DNA of 64,000 bases from Acidobacteriota bacterium (GTDB taxonomy: Bacteria; Acidobacteriota; JAAYUB01), in NCBI GenBank assembly GCA_040768985.1, contig JAXGLX010000002.1:4485871-4549870 (forward strand), written 5' to 3'. Both the position numbers and the translations under genes were made by a program. The notes under the pieces are model-generated. The model searched no databases, was not told the DNA's origin, and saw only the letters and a program-made list of their open reading frames with translations. Below, one piece after another: positions 44,690 through 54,509 of the stretch (within the stretch, counting starts at the first letter, position 1; each line of letters begins with the position of its first letter).

Positions 44690-45630
44690 AATTCAACGAG
44701 GACCTGATCCACATCGCCGCCGAAGTGGCTGAGGCGCAGCAGGCGCGCCGACCGGTGGTGGCGCTGGAGTCCACGGTCATCGCCCACGGCTTGCCGTACC
44801 CCGACAACGTGGCCGCCGCGCTGGAGATGGAGGAGGCGGTCCGGGCCCAGGGCGCCGTGCCGGCCACCCTGGCGGTGATGGACGGCCGGTTGCGGATCGG
44901 CCTGACGACGGCCGAGATCGAGCGCCTGGCCTGCGGCCGCGAGCCGGTGGCCAAGCTCTCGCGCCGCAACCTGGCCGTGGCCGTGGCCGGGGGCGGACTC
45001 GGGGCCACCACCGTGGCCGCCACCATCATCGGGGCGTGGGTGGCGGGAATCCAGGTGATGGCCACGGGCGGCATCGGCGGCGCCCATCGCGGCGCCCCGC
45101 AGACGTTCGACATCTCCGCTGACCTGGCGGAACTGGCCCGCTACCCGGTGATCGTGGTGTGCGCGGGCGCCAAGAGCATCCTGGACCTGCCCCTGACCCG
45201 CGAGCTGCTGGAGACACTCGGCGTGCCGGTGCTTGGCTACGGCACCGACGAGTTCCCGGCGTTCTACACCCGCACCTCCGGCCTCGGCGTGGACGGGCGG
45301 GTGGATACGCCCGAAGCCGTGATCCGGGTGATCGAGGCGAAATGGGATCTGGATCTGGACGGGGGCGTGCTGGTGGTGAACCCCGTCCCGGAGGCGGACG
45401 CGCTGGACGCGGCCATGGTCGCCGCGGCCGTCGAGCGCGCCCAGGCGGAAGCGGAGGCCCGGGGGATCCGGGGCAAGGACCTGACCCCCTTCCTGCTGGC
45501 CCGGGTGGCGGCGCTCACGGGCGGCGCGTCGCTGGCGGCCAACCGGTCGCTGCTGCGCCACAACGCCCGGCTGGCCGGCCGTCTCGCCGTGGCCCTGAAC
45601 AGTCTCTTCGATGAGGAGGACGATTGGTGA
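44686..45630 (+). CDS. psuG: Pseudouridine-5'-phosphate glycosidase
   Basis: In-frame tail of track ORF 44200-45630 from GTG (VKFNEDL); GTGA overlap with the upstream stop; family blocks ESTVIAHGLPYP and VCAGAKSILD. Confidence 0.85.
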   Translation: MKFNEDLIHIAAEVAEAQQARRPVVALESTVIAHGLPYPDNVAAALEMEEAVRAQGAVPATLAVMDGRLRIGLTTAEIERLACGREPVAKLSRRNLAVAVAGGGLGATTVAATIIGAWVAGIQVMATGGIGGAHRGAPQTFDISADLAELARYPVIVVCAGAKSILDLPLTRELLETLGVPVLGYGTDEFPAFYTRTSGLGVDGRVDTPEAVIRVIEAKWDLDLDGGVLVVNPVPEADALDAAMVAAAVERAQAEAEARGIRGKDLTPFLLARVAALTGGASLAANRSLLRHNARLAGRLAVALNSLFDEEDDW

Positions 45631-46847
45631 TGCACATACCCATTCAGATCCGAATCGTGGTTGTCGTTCTGGCGCTGGTTCTGGCCGGGGGAGTCGCCCC
45701 GGCGCAGGAGTCGCTGAATCCGCTGCTCCAGCCGTACCTGGCCGCGTACGAGATCCCGGCCCTGGCCGCGGCGGTGGTGCAGGACGGACAGGTGATCGCC
45801 GTCGGGGCCGTGGGCACCCGCCGGTGGGGCACCCAGATTCCCGTCACCCTGAACGACCGGTTCCACCTGGGCTCGGACACCAAGGCCATGACCGCCACCA
45901 TGGCCGCGATTCTGGTGGAGCGCGGGAAGCTCCGCTGGGACTCCACCATCGGCGAGGTGTTTCCGGAGCTCGGCGACGAGGCCGATCCCGTCTTCAAGGT
46001 GCTGACGGTGGAGCGGATGCTCTCGCACACCAGCGGGCTCCCCAGTGACAACCTGTCGAAAGACGCCAAGTCATACCTGGACTTCCTCACCAACATGGAC
46101 GGCTGTCCTCCGGGCAACCTCGATGACATCCGGGCCTGGCTGGTGGGCAAGTGGGCGGCCCTGCCCATGCCCGGCCGGCCCGGCGTCCGCTTCGAGTACT
46201 CCAACCTCAACTACACCATCGTGGGCGCCATGATCGAACGCCTGGCGGGGCGGAGCTGGGACGAGCTGATCGTCGAGTGGATCTTCGAACCGCTGGAGCT
46301 GCGCACGGCGGGCCTCGGGCCGCAGTGTTCCCTCGGCCGGGTGGACGCCCCCCTCCCGCACGCCTTCGTCGACGGGAAGATCAAGCCGATGCTCGCCGGT
46401 CCCATGGCGGACAACTCGCCGGTGATCGGTCCGGCGGGGATCGCCCACATGTCGGTGCTCGATTTTGCGCGCTGGGCAAGCTGGAACGCCGGCCAGGGGA
46501 AGCGCGGCCCCGCGATCGTGAGGCCGGAAACCCTGAAGAAGCTCCACACCATGGTTGCCGAGATGCCGCCGGCCAAGGACGCCCCCATCGGCACGCCGCC
46601 GTCGGGCCGGTATGCCTTCGGCTGGGGCGAGATGAAACTGGACAGCTACCCCAATCCGGTCATCTTCCACGGCGGCTCCAACGGCATGAACATCGCCCGG
46701 ATCCTGTTCGATCCGGCCGCCGACTTCGCCGTGGTCATCCTCACGAACATCGCCACGCCGAAATGCGACGGCGCGCTGAAGGTGCTCACACGGGAGCTCA
46801 TCGACAAGTACGCCGGACGAAGCTCCCGGCCGGCCGCTCAACCGTAG
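45624..46847 (+). CDS. Serine hydrolase of the beta-lactamase / penicillin-binding-protein fold, secreted
   Basis: Track ORF 407 aa; SxxK motif SDTK; signal-peptide-like N-terminus. Confidence 0.8.
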   Translation: MVMHIPIQIRIVVVVLALVLAGGVAPAQESLNPLLQPYLAAYEIPALAAAVVQDGQVIAVGAVGTRRWGTQIPVTLNDRFHLGSDTKAMTATMAAILVERGKLRWDSTIGEVFPELGDEADPVFKVLTVERMLSHTSGLPSDNLSKDAKSYLDFLTNMDGCPPGNLDDIRAWLVGKWAALPMPGRPGVRFEYSNLNYTIVGAMIERLAGRSWDELIVEWIFEPLELRTAGLGPQCSLGRVDAPLPHAFVDGKIKPMLAGPMADNSPVIGPAGIAHMSVLDFARWASWNAGQGKRGPAIVRPETLKKLHTMVAEMPPAKDAPIGTPPSGRYAFGWGEMKLDSYPNPVIFHGGSNGMNIARILFDPAADFAVVILTNIATPKCDGALKVLTRELIDKYAGRSSRPAAQP

Positions 46848-46985
46848 CCGGCGACGCGACGCGGAGGCTCCGGCCGCCGGGGGCCCAGCCATTCTTTCCG
46901 CTTGTGTTCCGGCGGAACCTTCTCTATGCTGCCCGTCTTCGCGGAACGGCGGCCGATCCGCGACCTTCAACCAGGAGAAAGAGCC

Positions 46986-47831
46986 ATGAACGCAGTCCGA
47001 CTGATGGTGATGGGCATACTGGTGTTGCTGGCGGCCGTCGTGCCGCTGCGGGCGCAGGACGACACGCCCGGCGGACAGGACCATCCGCTGCTGTCGCGCA
47101 TGCCCGGGTATTTCATCGAGAACTACGACCAGAAGGATTTTGATCGCTTCGAATTCGAAGGCAAGGACGCCGAGCCGATCCCCGTGGAAGGGCGCAAGAC
47201 CTTCATCAACTACCGACCTCGGGAAGGCGCCGCGGTCCCGTCTCCGTTGCAGATTGTGCGCAACTATCAGAACGCCATCACCCGGGTCGGCGGCGTCGTG
47301 GTGTCCCAGTACGTGGATTCCGTGGGTGGTCAAACCACCCTCAAGCTGGTGCGGGGGACGAGCGAGATCTGGATCAAGGTGGGCGTGGGCGACAGCGGGC
47401 AGAACTACCAGTTGAACATCGTCGAGAAGGCGGGGATGCAGCAGGAGATCGTCGCCAGCGCCGACATCTGGAAGGGCGACCTCCATGACACGGGTCATGC
47501 CGCCGTCTACGGCATCCACTTCGATACCGACAAGGCCGAGATCAAGCCCGGATCGGAGAAGTCGCTCGAGGAAATCGTCCGGCTGTTGAAGCAGGACCCG
47601 AAGTTGACCTTGCTGGTCGTCGGCCACACCGACTCGACCGGGGAGATCCCGCACAACATGGCCCTGTCGGAGGCGCGGGCGAAGGCGGTGGTGGCGGCGC
47701 TCACCGGAACGCACGGGATCGCCGCGGCGCGGCTGTCCGCGTTCGGCTGCGGCCCGCTGGCGCCGGTGGCATCCAACGACACCGACGAGGGGCGCGCGAA
47801 GAACCGCCGTGTGGAGCTGGTCAAGCGCTAG
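46986..47831 (+). CDS. OmpA-family protein, paralog of 39672-40511
   Basis: In-frame tail of track ORF 46902-47831 from MNAVRLMV; shared blocks HPLLSRMPGY and NRRVELVK. Confidence 0.8.
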   Translation: MNAVRLMVMGILVLLAAVVPLRAQDDTPGGQDHPLLSRMPGYFIENYDQKDFDRFEFEGKDAEPIPVEGRKTFINYRPREGAAVPSPLQIVRNYQNAITRVGGVVVSQYVDSVGGQTTLKLVRGTSEIWIKVGVGDSGQNYQLNIVEKAGMQQEIVASADIWKGDLHDTGHAAVYGIHFDTDKAEIKPGSEKSLEEIVRLLKQDPKLTLLVVGHTDSTGEIPHNMALSEARAKAVVAALTGTHGIAAARLSAFGCGPLAPVASNDTDEGRAKNRRVELVKR

Positions 47832-47934
47832 GCGCCGGGCCCCATTTTTATTATGATGTGTTAGGGCGAGGTCGGCTCACGGCGGCAACCAGCCGTTCGG
47901 TTCGAGCGTGTTCCATGCAACCGCATCGAATGGT

Positions 47935-47948
47935 ATTATTTAAATAAT
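47935..47948. promoter_or_regulatory. Perfect 14-bp palindrome ATTATTTAAATAAT (candidate operator) upstream of the RND efflux operon
   Basis: Read directly; followed by the direct repeat AATTGA-N3-AATTGA. Confidence 0.3.
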
Positions 47949-47995
47949 TGAATTAATTGATAATGCCATTTGTTCACAAATAAACATTTAAGTAC

Positions 47996-48023
47996 TTGAC
48001 TATTTTTTGATCGGTGATATTCT
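47996..48023 (+). promoter_or_regulatory. Candidate sigma70-type promoter TTGACT-N16-TATTCT with TG extension, upstream of the efflux operon
   Basis: Read directly; ATG of the adaptor gene is about 35 nt downstream, preceded by GGAG. Confidence 0.4.
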
Positions 48024-48058
48024 GGGCCCCGTTCGAACGCGGAGCGAGGAGATAATTT

Positions 48059-49297
48059 ATGCCGAGCAGATACTGGCTGAATCGAGTGATCGCCGCGACG
48101 GCCCTCATGGCTGGGCTCCTACTGTCGGGCTGCGGATCGCAGCCGGCGCCTCCGCCGGCGGGTTCGCCCGAGGTGGCGTTCGTGACGGTCCAGGCCGAGC
48201 GGGTGGTGCTCACCACCGAACTGCCCGGTCGGACGTCCGCCTTCCTGGTGGCCGAGATCCGGCCCCAGGTCAACGGCCTCATCCAGAACCGCCTCTTCCG
48301 GGAGGGCGCCTACGTTCAGGAAGGCGAGCTGCTGTACCAGATCGACCCGGAGCCGTACCAGGCGGTTTACGATCAGACCAAGGCCGCGCTCGGCGCGGCG
48401 GAGGCGGAACTGGCCGTGGCCGAGGCAAACCTGCCGGCCCTCCGGTCCCGGGCCGAGCGCCTCAAGGGGCTCGTGGCGATTCATGCCGTGGGGCAGCAGG
48501 ACTACGACGACGCCAGCGCCGCGCTCCGGCAGGCCGAGGCCAACCTGGCGGCGCGGCGGGCGGCCCTGGAGATCAGCCGGACGGCCGTCGAGAGCGCCCG
48601 GATCAATCTAGCCTACACGCCCATCAAGGCGCCCATCTCGGGACGCATCGGCAAATCCAACGTCACCGTGGGCGCCATGGTGACGGCCTACCAGCCGGTT
48701 CCGCTGGCGGTCATCCAGCAGCTGGATCCCATCTACGTGGATGTCACCCAGTCCAGCGCGGACCTCCTGCGGCTGCGGCACCGCCTCGAGGATGGCCGCC
48801 TCTCCAACGGCGTCTCCAGAAACAAGGTGAAGCTCATCCTGGAGGACGGCGCCACCTACGCGCAGGAAGGCGCCCTGCAGTTCCGCGACGTGACCGTGGA
48901 CCCGACCACGGGCTCGGTGACGCTGCGGATGGTCTTCCCCAACGCCAAACAGATCCTCCTTCCCGGCATGTTCGTTCGGGCCGTCGTCGAGGAGGGCGTG
49001 GACGAACAGGCGCTCTGCGTGACCCAGCAGGGGATCACCCGCGATCCGAAGGGCAGGCCCGTCGCCTGGATCGTGAACGCCGAGAACAAGGTGGAGCAGC
49101 GGGCCCTGACACTGGACCGCGCGCTCGGCGACAAGTGGCTGGTCACCGCGGGGCTGGCGGCGGGGGATCGCGTGATCGTCGAAGGGCTGCAGAAGGTGCG
49201 GCCCGGCATGGCGGTCAAGGCGCAGCCCTTCGGTGCGCCGCCGGCAGGCTCGCCGCGTGACGACACCAACCCGCCGGCCGCCGCGCCGAAGCAGTAG
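48059..49297 (+). CDS. RND efflux periplasmic adaptor subunit (AcrA/MexA family lipoprotein)
   Basis: Track ORF 412 aa; lipobox LLSGC; coiled-coil and barrel blocks. Confidence 0.9.
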   Translation: MPSRYWLNRVIAATALMAGLLLSGCGSQPAPPPAGSPEVAFVTVQAERVVLTTELPGRTSAFLVAEIRPQVNGLIQNRLFREGAYVQEGELLYQIDPEPYQAVYDQTKAALGAAEAELAVAEANLPALRSRAERLKGLVAIHAVGQQDYDDASAALRQAEANLAARRAALEISRTAVESARINLAYTPIKAPISGRIGKSNVTVGAMVTAYQPVPLAVIQQLDPIYVDVTQSSADLLRLRHRLEDGRLSNGVSRNKVKLILEDGATYAQEGALQFRDVTVDPTTGSVTLRMVFPNAKQILLPGMFVRAVVEEGVDEQALCVTQQGITRDPKGRPVAWIVNAENKVEQRALTLDRALGDKWLVTAGLAAGDRVIVEGLQKVRPGMAVKAQPFGAPPAGSPRDDTNPPAAAPKQ

Positions 49298-49306
49298 GGG
49301 GAGTCC

Positions 49307-52300
49307 ATGCTGTCCCGATTCTTTCTCGACCGCCCGGTCTTCGCCTGGGTCATCGCCATCGGCATGATGCTGGGCGGCGGTCTGGCGATTTACAACCTGC
49401 CCATCTCCCAGTATCCGCCCATCGCCCCGCCGTCAATTTCCATCTCCGCGGTCTTTCCCGGCGCGTCGGCCAAGACTGTCGAGGACAGCGTGGTCCAGAT
49501 CATCGAGCAGAAGATGACGGGCCTCGACCGGATGCTGTACATGTCCGCCACCAGCGACTCGTCGGGCACCGGCACCCTCACGCTGACCTTCGCGCCGGGC
49601 ACCGATCCGGACCTGGCCTGGGCGAAGGTGCAGAACAAGCTCCAGCTTGCGCTGGCCATGCTGCCGGAGGATGTGCAGCGCCGCGGCGTCACGGTCAGCA
49701 AGTCCACCCGGAATTACCTGATGATCGTCGGCCTCCGGAGCGAGAGCGCCGACCTGGACCAGCACGACCTGAACGACTACTGCGCGTCCCAGATCCAGCC
49801 GTCACTGGCCCGCGTGCCGGGAGTCGGCGAGGTGGAGGCGTTCGGATCCCAGTACGCCATGCGGATCTGGCTGAACCCGGACCGGCTCACCAAGTACAAC
49901 ATGACCACCAGCGACGTGGTGCTCGCGGTCCGCGCGTACAACGTGGAGGTTTCCGCCGGCCAGTTCGGCGGGATGCCGGCCGTTCCCGGCCAGCGCCTCA
50001 ACGCGTCCATCATCGTGCAGTCCCTGCTCAAGACTCCCGAGGAGTTCGCCGCCATTCCGCTGCGCATCAATCCCGACGGATCGGTGGTGCGGGTTCGGGA
50101 CGTGGCGCGCACCGAGCTGGGGACCGAGTTCTATGACGTCATCTCCAAGCATAACGGCATGCCGATGGCCGGCCTGGCGGTCCGGCAGGAGCCGGGCGCC
50201 AACGCCCTGGACACCGCCGACGCGGTCAAGGCCAAGATGGAGGAACTCTCGCGGTACTTCCCCGCCGGCATGAAGGCGGTCTTCCCCTACGACACGACGC
50301 CCTTCGTGAAGGTCGCCATCTGGGAAGTGGTCAAGACGCTCATCGAGGCGATCATCCTGGTGTTCCTCATCATGTACCTCTTCCTGGGCAACCTGCGGGC
50401 CACCCTGATCCCCACCATCGCCGTGCCCGTGGTGCTGCTGGGCACCTTCGGGGTGCTGGCGCTGTTCGGCTTCTCCATCAACATGCTCACCATGTTCGCC
50501 ATGGTGCTGGCCATCGGGCTGCTGGTGGACGACGCCATCGTCGTCGTGGAGAACGTGGAGCGCGTCATGAGCGAGGAGGGGCTGTCGCCGCGCGAAGCCA
50601 CTCGCAAGTCCATGGGCGAGATCACCAGCGCGCTGGTGGGCATCGGCCTGGTGCTCTCGGCCGTCTTCGGCCCCATGATGTTCTTCCCCGGCTCCACCGG
50701 GGTCATTTACCGCCAGTTCTCCATCACCATCATCTCCTCGATGATGCTGTCGGTGGTCGTGGCGTTGATCCTGACGCCTGTGCTCTGCGCCTCGCTCCTC
50801 AAGCCCGTGGCCAAGGGGCACGAGGCGGCCGAAACCGGCTTCCGCCTGTTCCGGCCGTTCTTCCTCTGGTTCGACCGCGGCTTCAACTTCCTGCGGGAGC
50901 AGTATCAGTCGCTGGTGGGGCACATCCTGCGAGTCAAGGCGCCTTACCTCCTCCTTTTCGTGCTCATCGTCGCGGCCATGGGCTACTACTTCATGCGGAT
51001 GCCCACGTCGTACCTGCCCGACGAGGACCAGGGGATGATGATGGCCATGGTCCAGCTCCCCCCCGGGTCCACCCTGGAGCAGACCGAAGAGGTGATGACC
51101 CGGCTCCGGCACCACTTCCTGGTGGAGCAGAAGGAGGCCGTGGAATCCTGCATGACCATCACCGGTTTCAGCATGGCCGGCCGCGGCCAGAACCAGGGCA
51201 TGTCGTTCATCAAGCTGCGGGACTGGGCGCTGCGCGACCGGCCGGACCTGAAGGTGAAGGCGGTGGCCGGCCGCGCCATGGGCGTGTTCGCCGGCTACCG
51301 GAACGCCCTGGCGTTCGCGTTCCCGCCGCCGGCGGTGGTGGAGCTCGGCCAGGCCAAGGGGTTCGACTTCATGCTGCAGGACCGCGGCGGACTCGGCCAC
51401 GCCCGGCTGATGGAGGCCCGCGGCCTGCTCATGATGCAGGCCATGCAGGATCCGCGGCTGGCGGCGGTCCGGCCCAACGGCCTGCCCGACGTGCCCCAGT
51501 ACAAGGTGGACACGGACTGGGAAAAGGCCGGCACCCTCGGGGTGAGCGTGACCGCCATCCAGGCCACCATCGCCACGGCCTTCGGCAGCGCGTACGTCAA
51601 CGACTTCATCCAGGGCGGCCGCGTCAAACGGGTGTACGCCCAGGCGGACACCGCCTTCCGCATGCTGCCGAACGGTCTGGATCGCCTCTACGTCCGCAAC
51701 AACCTGGGCGAGATGGTGCCCGTTTCCGCGCTGGCCTCGGGGCGGTGGATCTACGACTCGCCCCGGTTGGAGCGATACAACGGCTTCCCGGCGCTGAACT
51801 TCCTCGGCGAGGCGGCGCCCGGCCGGAGCTCCGGCGAGGCCATGCAGGCCATGGAGGAGATCGTCGCGAAACTGCCCCAGGGGCTCGGCCACGACTGGAC
51901 CGGCCTGTCGTACCAGGAGCGCATGGGCCAGGCCCAGACCGGACTGCTGTACACGTTCTCCATTCTGGCCATCTTCCTGGTCCTGGCGGCCCTGTATGAG
52001 AGCTGGACGATCCCCATCTCCATCCTGTTCGCCCTGCCGCTGGGGGTCATCGGCGGCGTGCTGGCGTCCACCTGGCGCGGCCTGCCCAACGACGTCTACT
52101 TCCAGATCGGCCTGCTCACCGTGCTGGGCCTCACCACCAAGAACGCCATTCTGATCGTCCAGTTCGCCAAACTGCGGGTGGCGCAGGGGACCGGTCTCAT
52201 CGAGGCCACCCTCGAGGGCGCCAGGCTCCGGCTCCGGCCCATCGTGATGACGTCGCTGGCGTTCGGCTTCGGGGTGCTGCCCCTGGCCATGGCCGCCGGC

Positions 52301-52483
52301 GCGGGCGCCGGCGCCCAGCAGGCCATCGGCACCAGCGTGCTGGGCGGCATGATCACTGCCACCTTCCTGGCCATCTTCTTCATCCCCCTGTTCTATGTGC
52401 TGGTGGTCCAGGTCTTCGGACGGAAAACGAGCCGCCGGATTGCGTCCCACGCGCCGGATGAGCTCCAGCCGCAGGAGGAATAG
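49307..52483 (+). CDS. RND efflux inner-membrane permease (AcrB/MexB family)
   Basis: Track ORF 1058 aa; N-terminus MLSRFFLDRPVFAWVIAI typical of the family. Confidence 0.95.
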   Translation: MLSRFFLDRPVFAWVIAIGMMLGGGLAIYNLPISQYPPIAPPSISISAVFPGASAKTVEDSVVQIIEQKMTGLDRMLYMSATSDSSGTGTLTLTFAPGTDPDLAWAKVQNKLQLALAMLPEDVQRRGVTVSKSTRNYLMIVGLRSESADLDQHDLNDYCASQIQPSLARVPGVGEVEAFGSQYAMRIWLNPDRLTKYNMTTSDVVLAVRAYNVEVSAGQFGGMPAVPGQRLNASIIVQSLLKTPEEFAAIPLRINPDGSVVRVRDVARTELGTEFYDVISKHNGMPMAGLAVRQEPGANALDTADAVKAKMEELSRYFPAGMKAVFPYDTTPFVKVAIWEVVKTLIEAIILVFLIMYLFLGNLRATLIPTIAVPVVLLGTFGVLALFGFSINMLTMFAMVLAIGLLVDDAIVVVENVERVMSEEGLSPREATRKSMGEITSALVGIGLVLSAVFGPMMFFPGSTGVIYRQFSITIISSMMLSVVVALILTPVLCASLLKPVAKGHEAAETGFRLFRPFFLWFDRGFNFLREQYQSLVGHILRVKAPYLLLFVLIVAAMGYYFMRMPTSYLPDEDQGMMMAMVQLPPGSTLEQTEEVMTRLRHHFLVEQKEAVESCMTITGFSMAGRGQNQGMSFIKLRDWALRDRPDLKVKAVAGRAMGVFAGYRNALAFAFPPPAVVELGQAKGFDFMLQDRGGLGHARLMEARGLLMMQAMQDPRLAAVRPNGLPDVPQYKVDTDWEKAGTLGVSVTAIQATIATAFGSAYVNDFIQGGRVKRVYAQADTAFRMLPNGLDRLYVRNNLGEMVPVSALASGRWIYDSPRLERYNGFPALNFLGEAAPGRSSGEAMQAMEEIVAKLPQGLGHDWTGLSYQERMGQAQTGLLYTFSILAIFLVLAALYESWTIPISILFALPLGVIGGVLASTWRGLPNDVYFQIGLLTVLGLTTKNAILIVQFAKLRVAQGTGLIEATLEGARLRLRPIVMTSLAFGFGVLPLAMAAGAGAGAQQAIGTSVLGGMITATFLAIFFIPLFYVLVVQVFGRKTSRRIASHAPDELQPQEE

Positions 52484-52487
52484 CACC

Positions 52488-53912
52488 ATGAACCGAATCC
52501 TCATTCTCACGGTGGGACTGGCCCTGCTCCTCTGCGGCTGCCCGAAGCGGCAGGCGTACGAACAGCCGGCTCCGCCTGTGCCGGCCGCCTGGCCGGAGCC
52601 GGCCGCCGGCGCGGCGGCGGCCGGGACCGGCGCGCCCGCGGCCGCCGACCTCGGCTGGCGGGAGTTCTTCACCGATCCTAAGCTCCAGGCCGTCATCGAG
52701 CGGGCGCTGGAGCACAACCGGGACCTGCGCATCGCGGCGCTGAACGTCGACAAGATCCAGGCCCTGTACCGCATCCAGCGCGCGGCGCAGTACCCCACGG
52801 TGAGCGCGGCCGCCGCCATCGACGCCTACCGCGTGCCGAAAAACCTGTCGGGCGCCGACGAGTCGGAGACCGTCGCCCAGTACACCCTGAGCCTCGGCGC
52901 CACCGCGTGGGAGATCGATTTCTTCGGGCGCATCCGCAGTCTGAAGGAGCAGGCGCTGGAGCAGTACCTGGCCACGGAGCAGGCCCGCTCGGCCGCCCAG
53001 ATCTCGCTGGTGGCCGCCGTGGCGGCCAGCTACCTGACGCTGGCGGCGGACCAGGAGAACCTGCGGCTGGCCCGGGCCACCCTCGACGCCCAGCAGAAGG
53101 CGTACGAGCTGATCCGCAGCAGCCGGGATTTCGGCATCGCCTCCGACCTGGACGTGCACGAGGCGCAGTCCCTGGTGGAAGCCGCCCGCGTGGACATCGC
53201 CCGCTACAACGGCCTCATCGCCCTGGACCGGAACGCCCTCGACCTGGTGGTGGGCGCGCCGGTGCCGCCCGACGAGCTGCCCACCGAGCTCGACGCGGTG
53301 GCCGACTTCCGGGAGGTAGCCGCCGGGCTGCCCTCCGACGTGCTGCTCCGCCGGCCCGACATCCGGGCGGCCGAGCACCAGTTGCGGGGCGCCTACGCCA
53401 ACATCGAGGCGGCGCGCGCGGCGTTCTTCCCGCGGATCACCCTGACCGCCGGCGTCGGGCTGACCAGCAGCGACCTGGCCGACCTGTTCAAGTTCGGTTC
53501 CCGCTCGTGGAATTTCGTGCCCCAGGCCGTGCTGCCCATCTTCGACTGGGGCACCCGCCAGGCCAACTACCAGGTGTCGCAGGCGGACCGGGACATCGCC
53601 ATCGCCGCCTATGAATCGGCTATCCAGTCGGCGTTCCGCGAGGTCAGCGACGCGCTCAGCCTGCGGGTCACCCTCGTGGAGCAGCAGAACGCGCAGGAGG
53701 CGCTGGTGAAGGTCTTGGATCAAACTTGCCGCCTGGCGGAAGCCCGTTACCAGGCGGGCATCGACGGCTACCTGAACGTCCTTGTGGCGCAGCGGGCGCT
53801 CTACAACGCCCAGCAGGGATTGGTCGTCGTCCGCCTGGCCCGCCGGGCCAACCGGGTGGAGATGTACAAGGTGCTGGGCGGCGGCATCGAGCCGGGCCCG
53901 GCGGCTCCCTGA
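52488..53912 (+). CDS. Efflux outer-membrane factor lipoprotein (OprM/TolC family)
   Basis: In-frame tail of track ORF 52395-53912 from MNRILIL; lipobox LLCGC; AGGAGG RBS. Confidence 0.9.
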   Translation: MNRILILTVGLALLLCGCPKRQAYEQPAPPVPAAWPEPAAGAAAAGTGAPAAADLGWREFFTDPKLQAVIERALEHNRDLRIAALNVDKIQALYRIQRAAQYPTVSAAAAIDAYRVPKNLSGADESETVAQYTLSLGATAWEIDFFGRIRSLKEQALEQYLATEQARSAAQISLVAAVAASYLTLAADQENLRLARATLDAQQKAYELIRSSRDFGIASDLDVHEAQSLVEAARVDIARYNGLIALDRNALDLVVGAPVPPDELPTELDAVADFREVAAGLPSDVLLRRPDIRAAEHQLRGAYANIEAARAAFFPRITLTAGVGLTSSDLADLFKFGSRSWNFVPQAVLPIFDWGTRQANYQVSQADRDIAIAAYESAIQSAFREVSDALSLRVTLVEQQNAQEALVKVLDQTCRLAEARYQAGIDGYLNVLVAQRALYNAQQGLVVVRLARRANRVEMYKVLGGGIEPGPAAP

Positions 53913-53949
53913 CCGGCGCGCGGCGGCGGGATATTATCAGGATAACGAC

Positions 53950-54477
53950 ATGCGCGATCAGCACCTGCAAGCCATCATCGACAAGCTCGACGAGCAGTTC
54001 CCGGACTATGACCACACGGCCATCCGGCTCATCGTGGAGCTGTCCAACGCTTACCACATCCTGACGTCCGTCATGGAGCGGGCGTTCGCCAAATACAAGA
54101 TCACGCCCCAGTCCATGGACGTGCTGACCCTCCTCTACATGAAGCGGGGCCAGGAGTGCGCCCTGGGCGAGATCGGCGAGTTGCTGCTGGTTAGTCCGGC
54201 CAACGTCACCGGTCTGGTCCAGGGGTTGGTTCGGAAAGGACTTGTCGGGCGGCGGGAGGACCCCCAGGACCGGCGGAAGCGCCTGGCGGAGATCACGCCC
54301 CGGGGGATCGCCCTCATGGAGGACTTCCTGCCCAAATGCGCCCGGTTCCTCCAGGACGTGTTCGCGGCCGTCTCGCCCGAGGACAAGCGCCGGCTCTGCG
54401 CGCGCCTCCGGCAGATTGCCGACCTGCTGATGCCCTACTGGGAGAAGCGCATCCTGCCGGAGCTGGAAGGACCGTAA
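53950..54477 (+). CDS. MarR-family transcriptional regulator
   Basis: In-frame tail of track ORF 53782-54477 from MRDQ; winged-helix blocks. Confidence 0.8.
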   Translation: MRDQHLQAIIDKLDEQFPDYDHTAIRLIVELSNAYHILTSVMERAFAKYKITPQSMDVLTLLYMKRGQECALGEIGELLLVSPANVTGLVQGLVRKGLVGRREDPQDRRKRLAEITPRGIALMEDFLPKCARFLQDVFAAVSPEDKRRLCARLRQIADLLMPYWEKRILPELEGP

Positions 54478-54509
54478 ACCCGGCGAAATCAGCCGGTGGA
54501 ACGACAGCG

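Noticed and set aside
49802-53723. 1005-aa and 447-aa minus-strand ORFs over the RND permease and outer-membrane factor genes
   Set aside because: Antisense to canonical AcrB-like and OprM-like genes.
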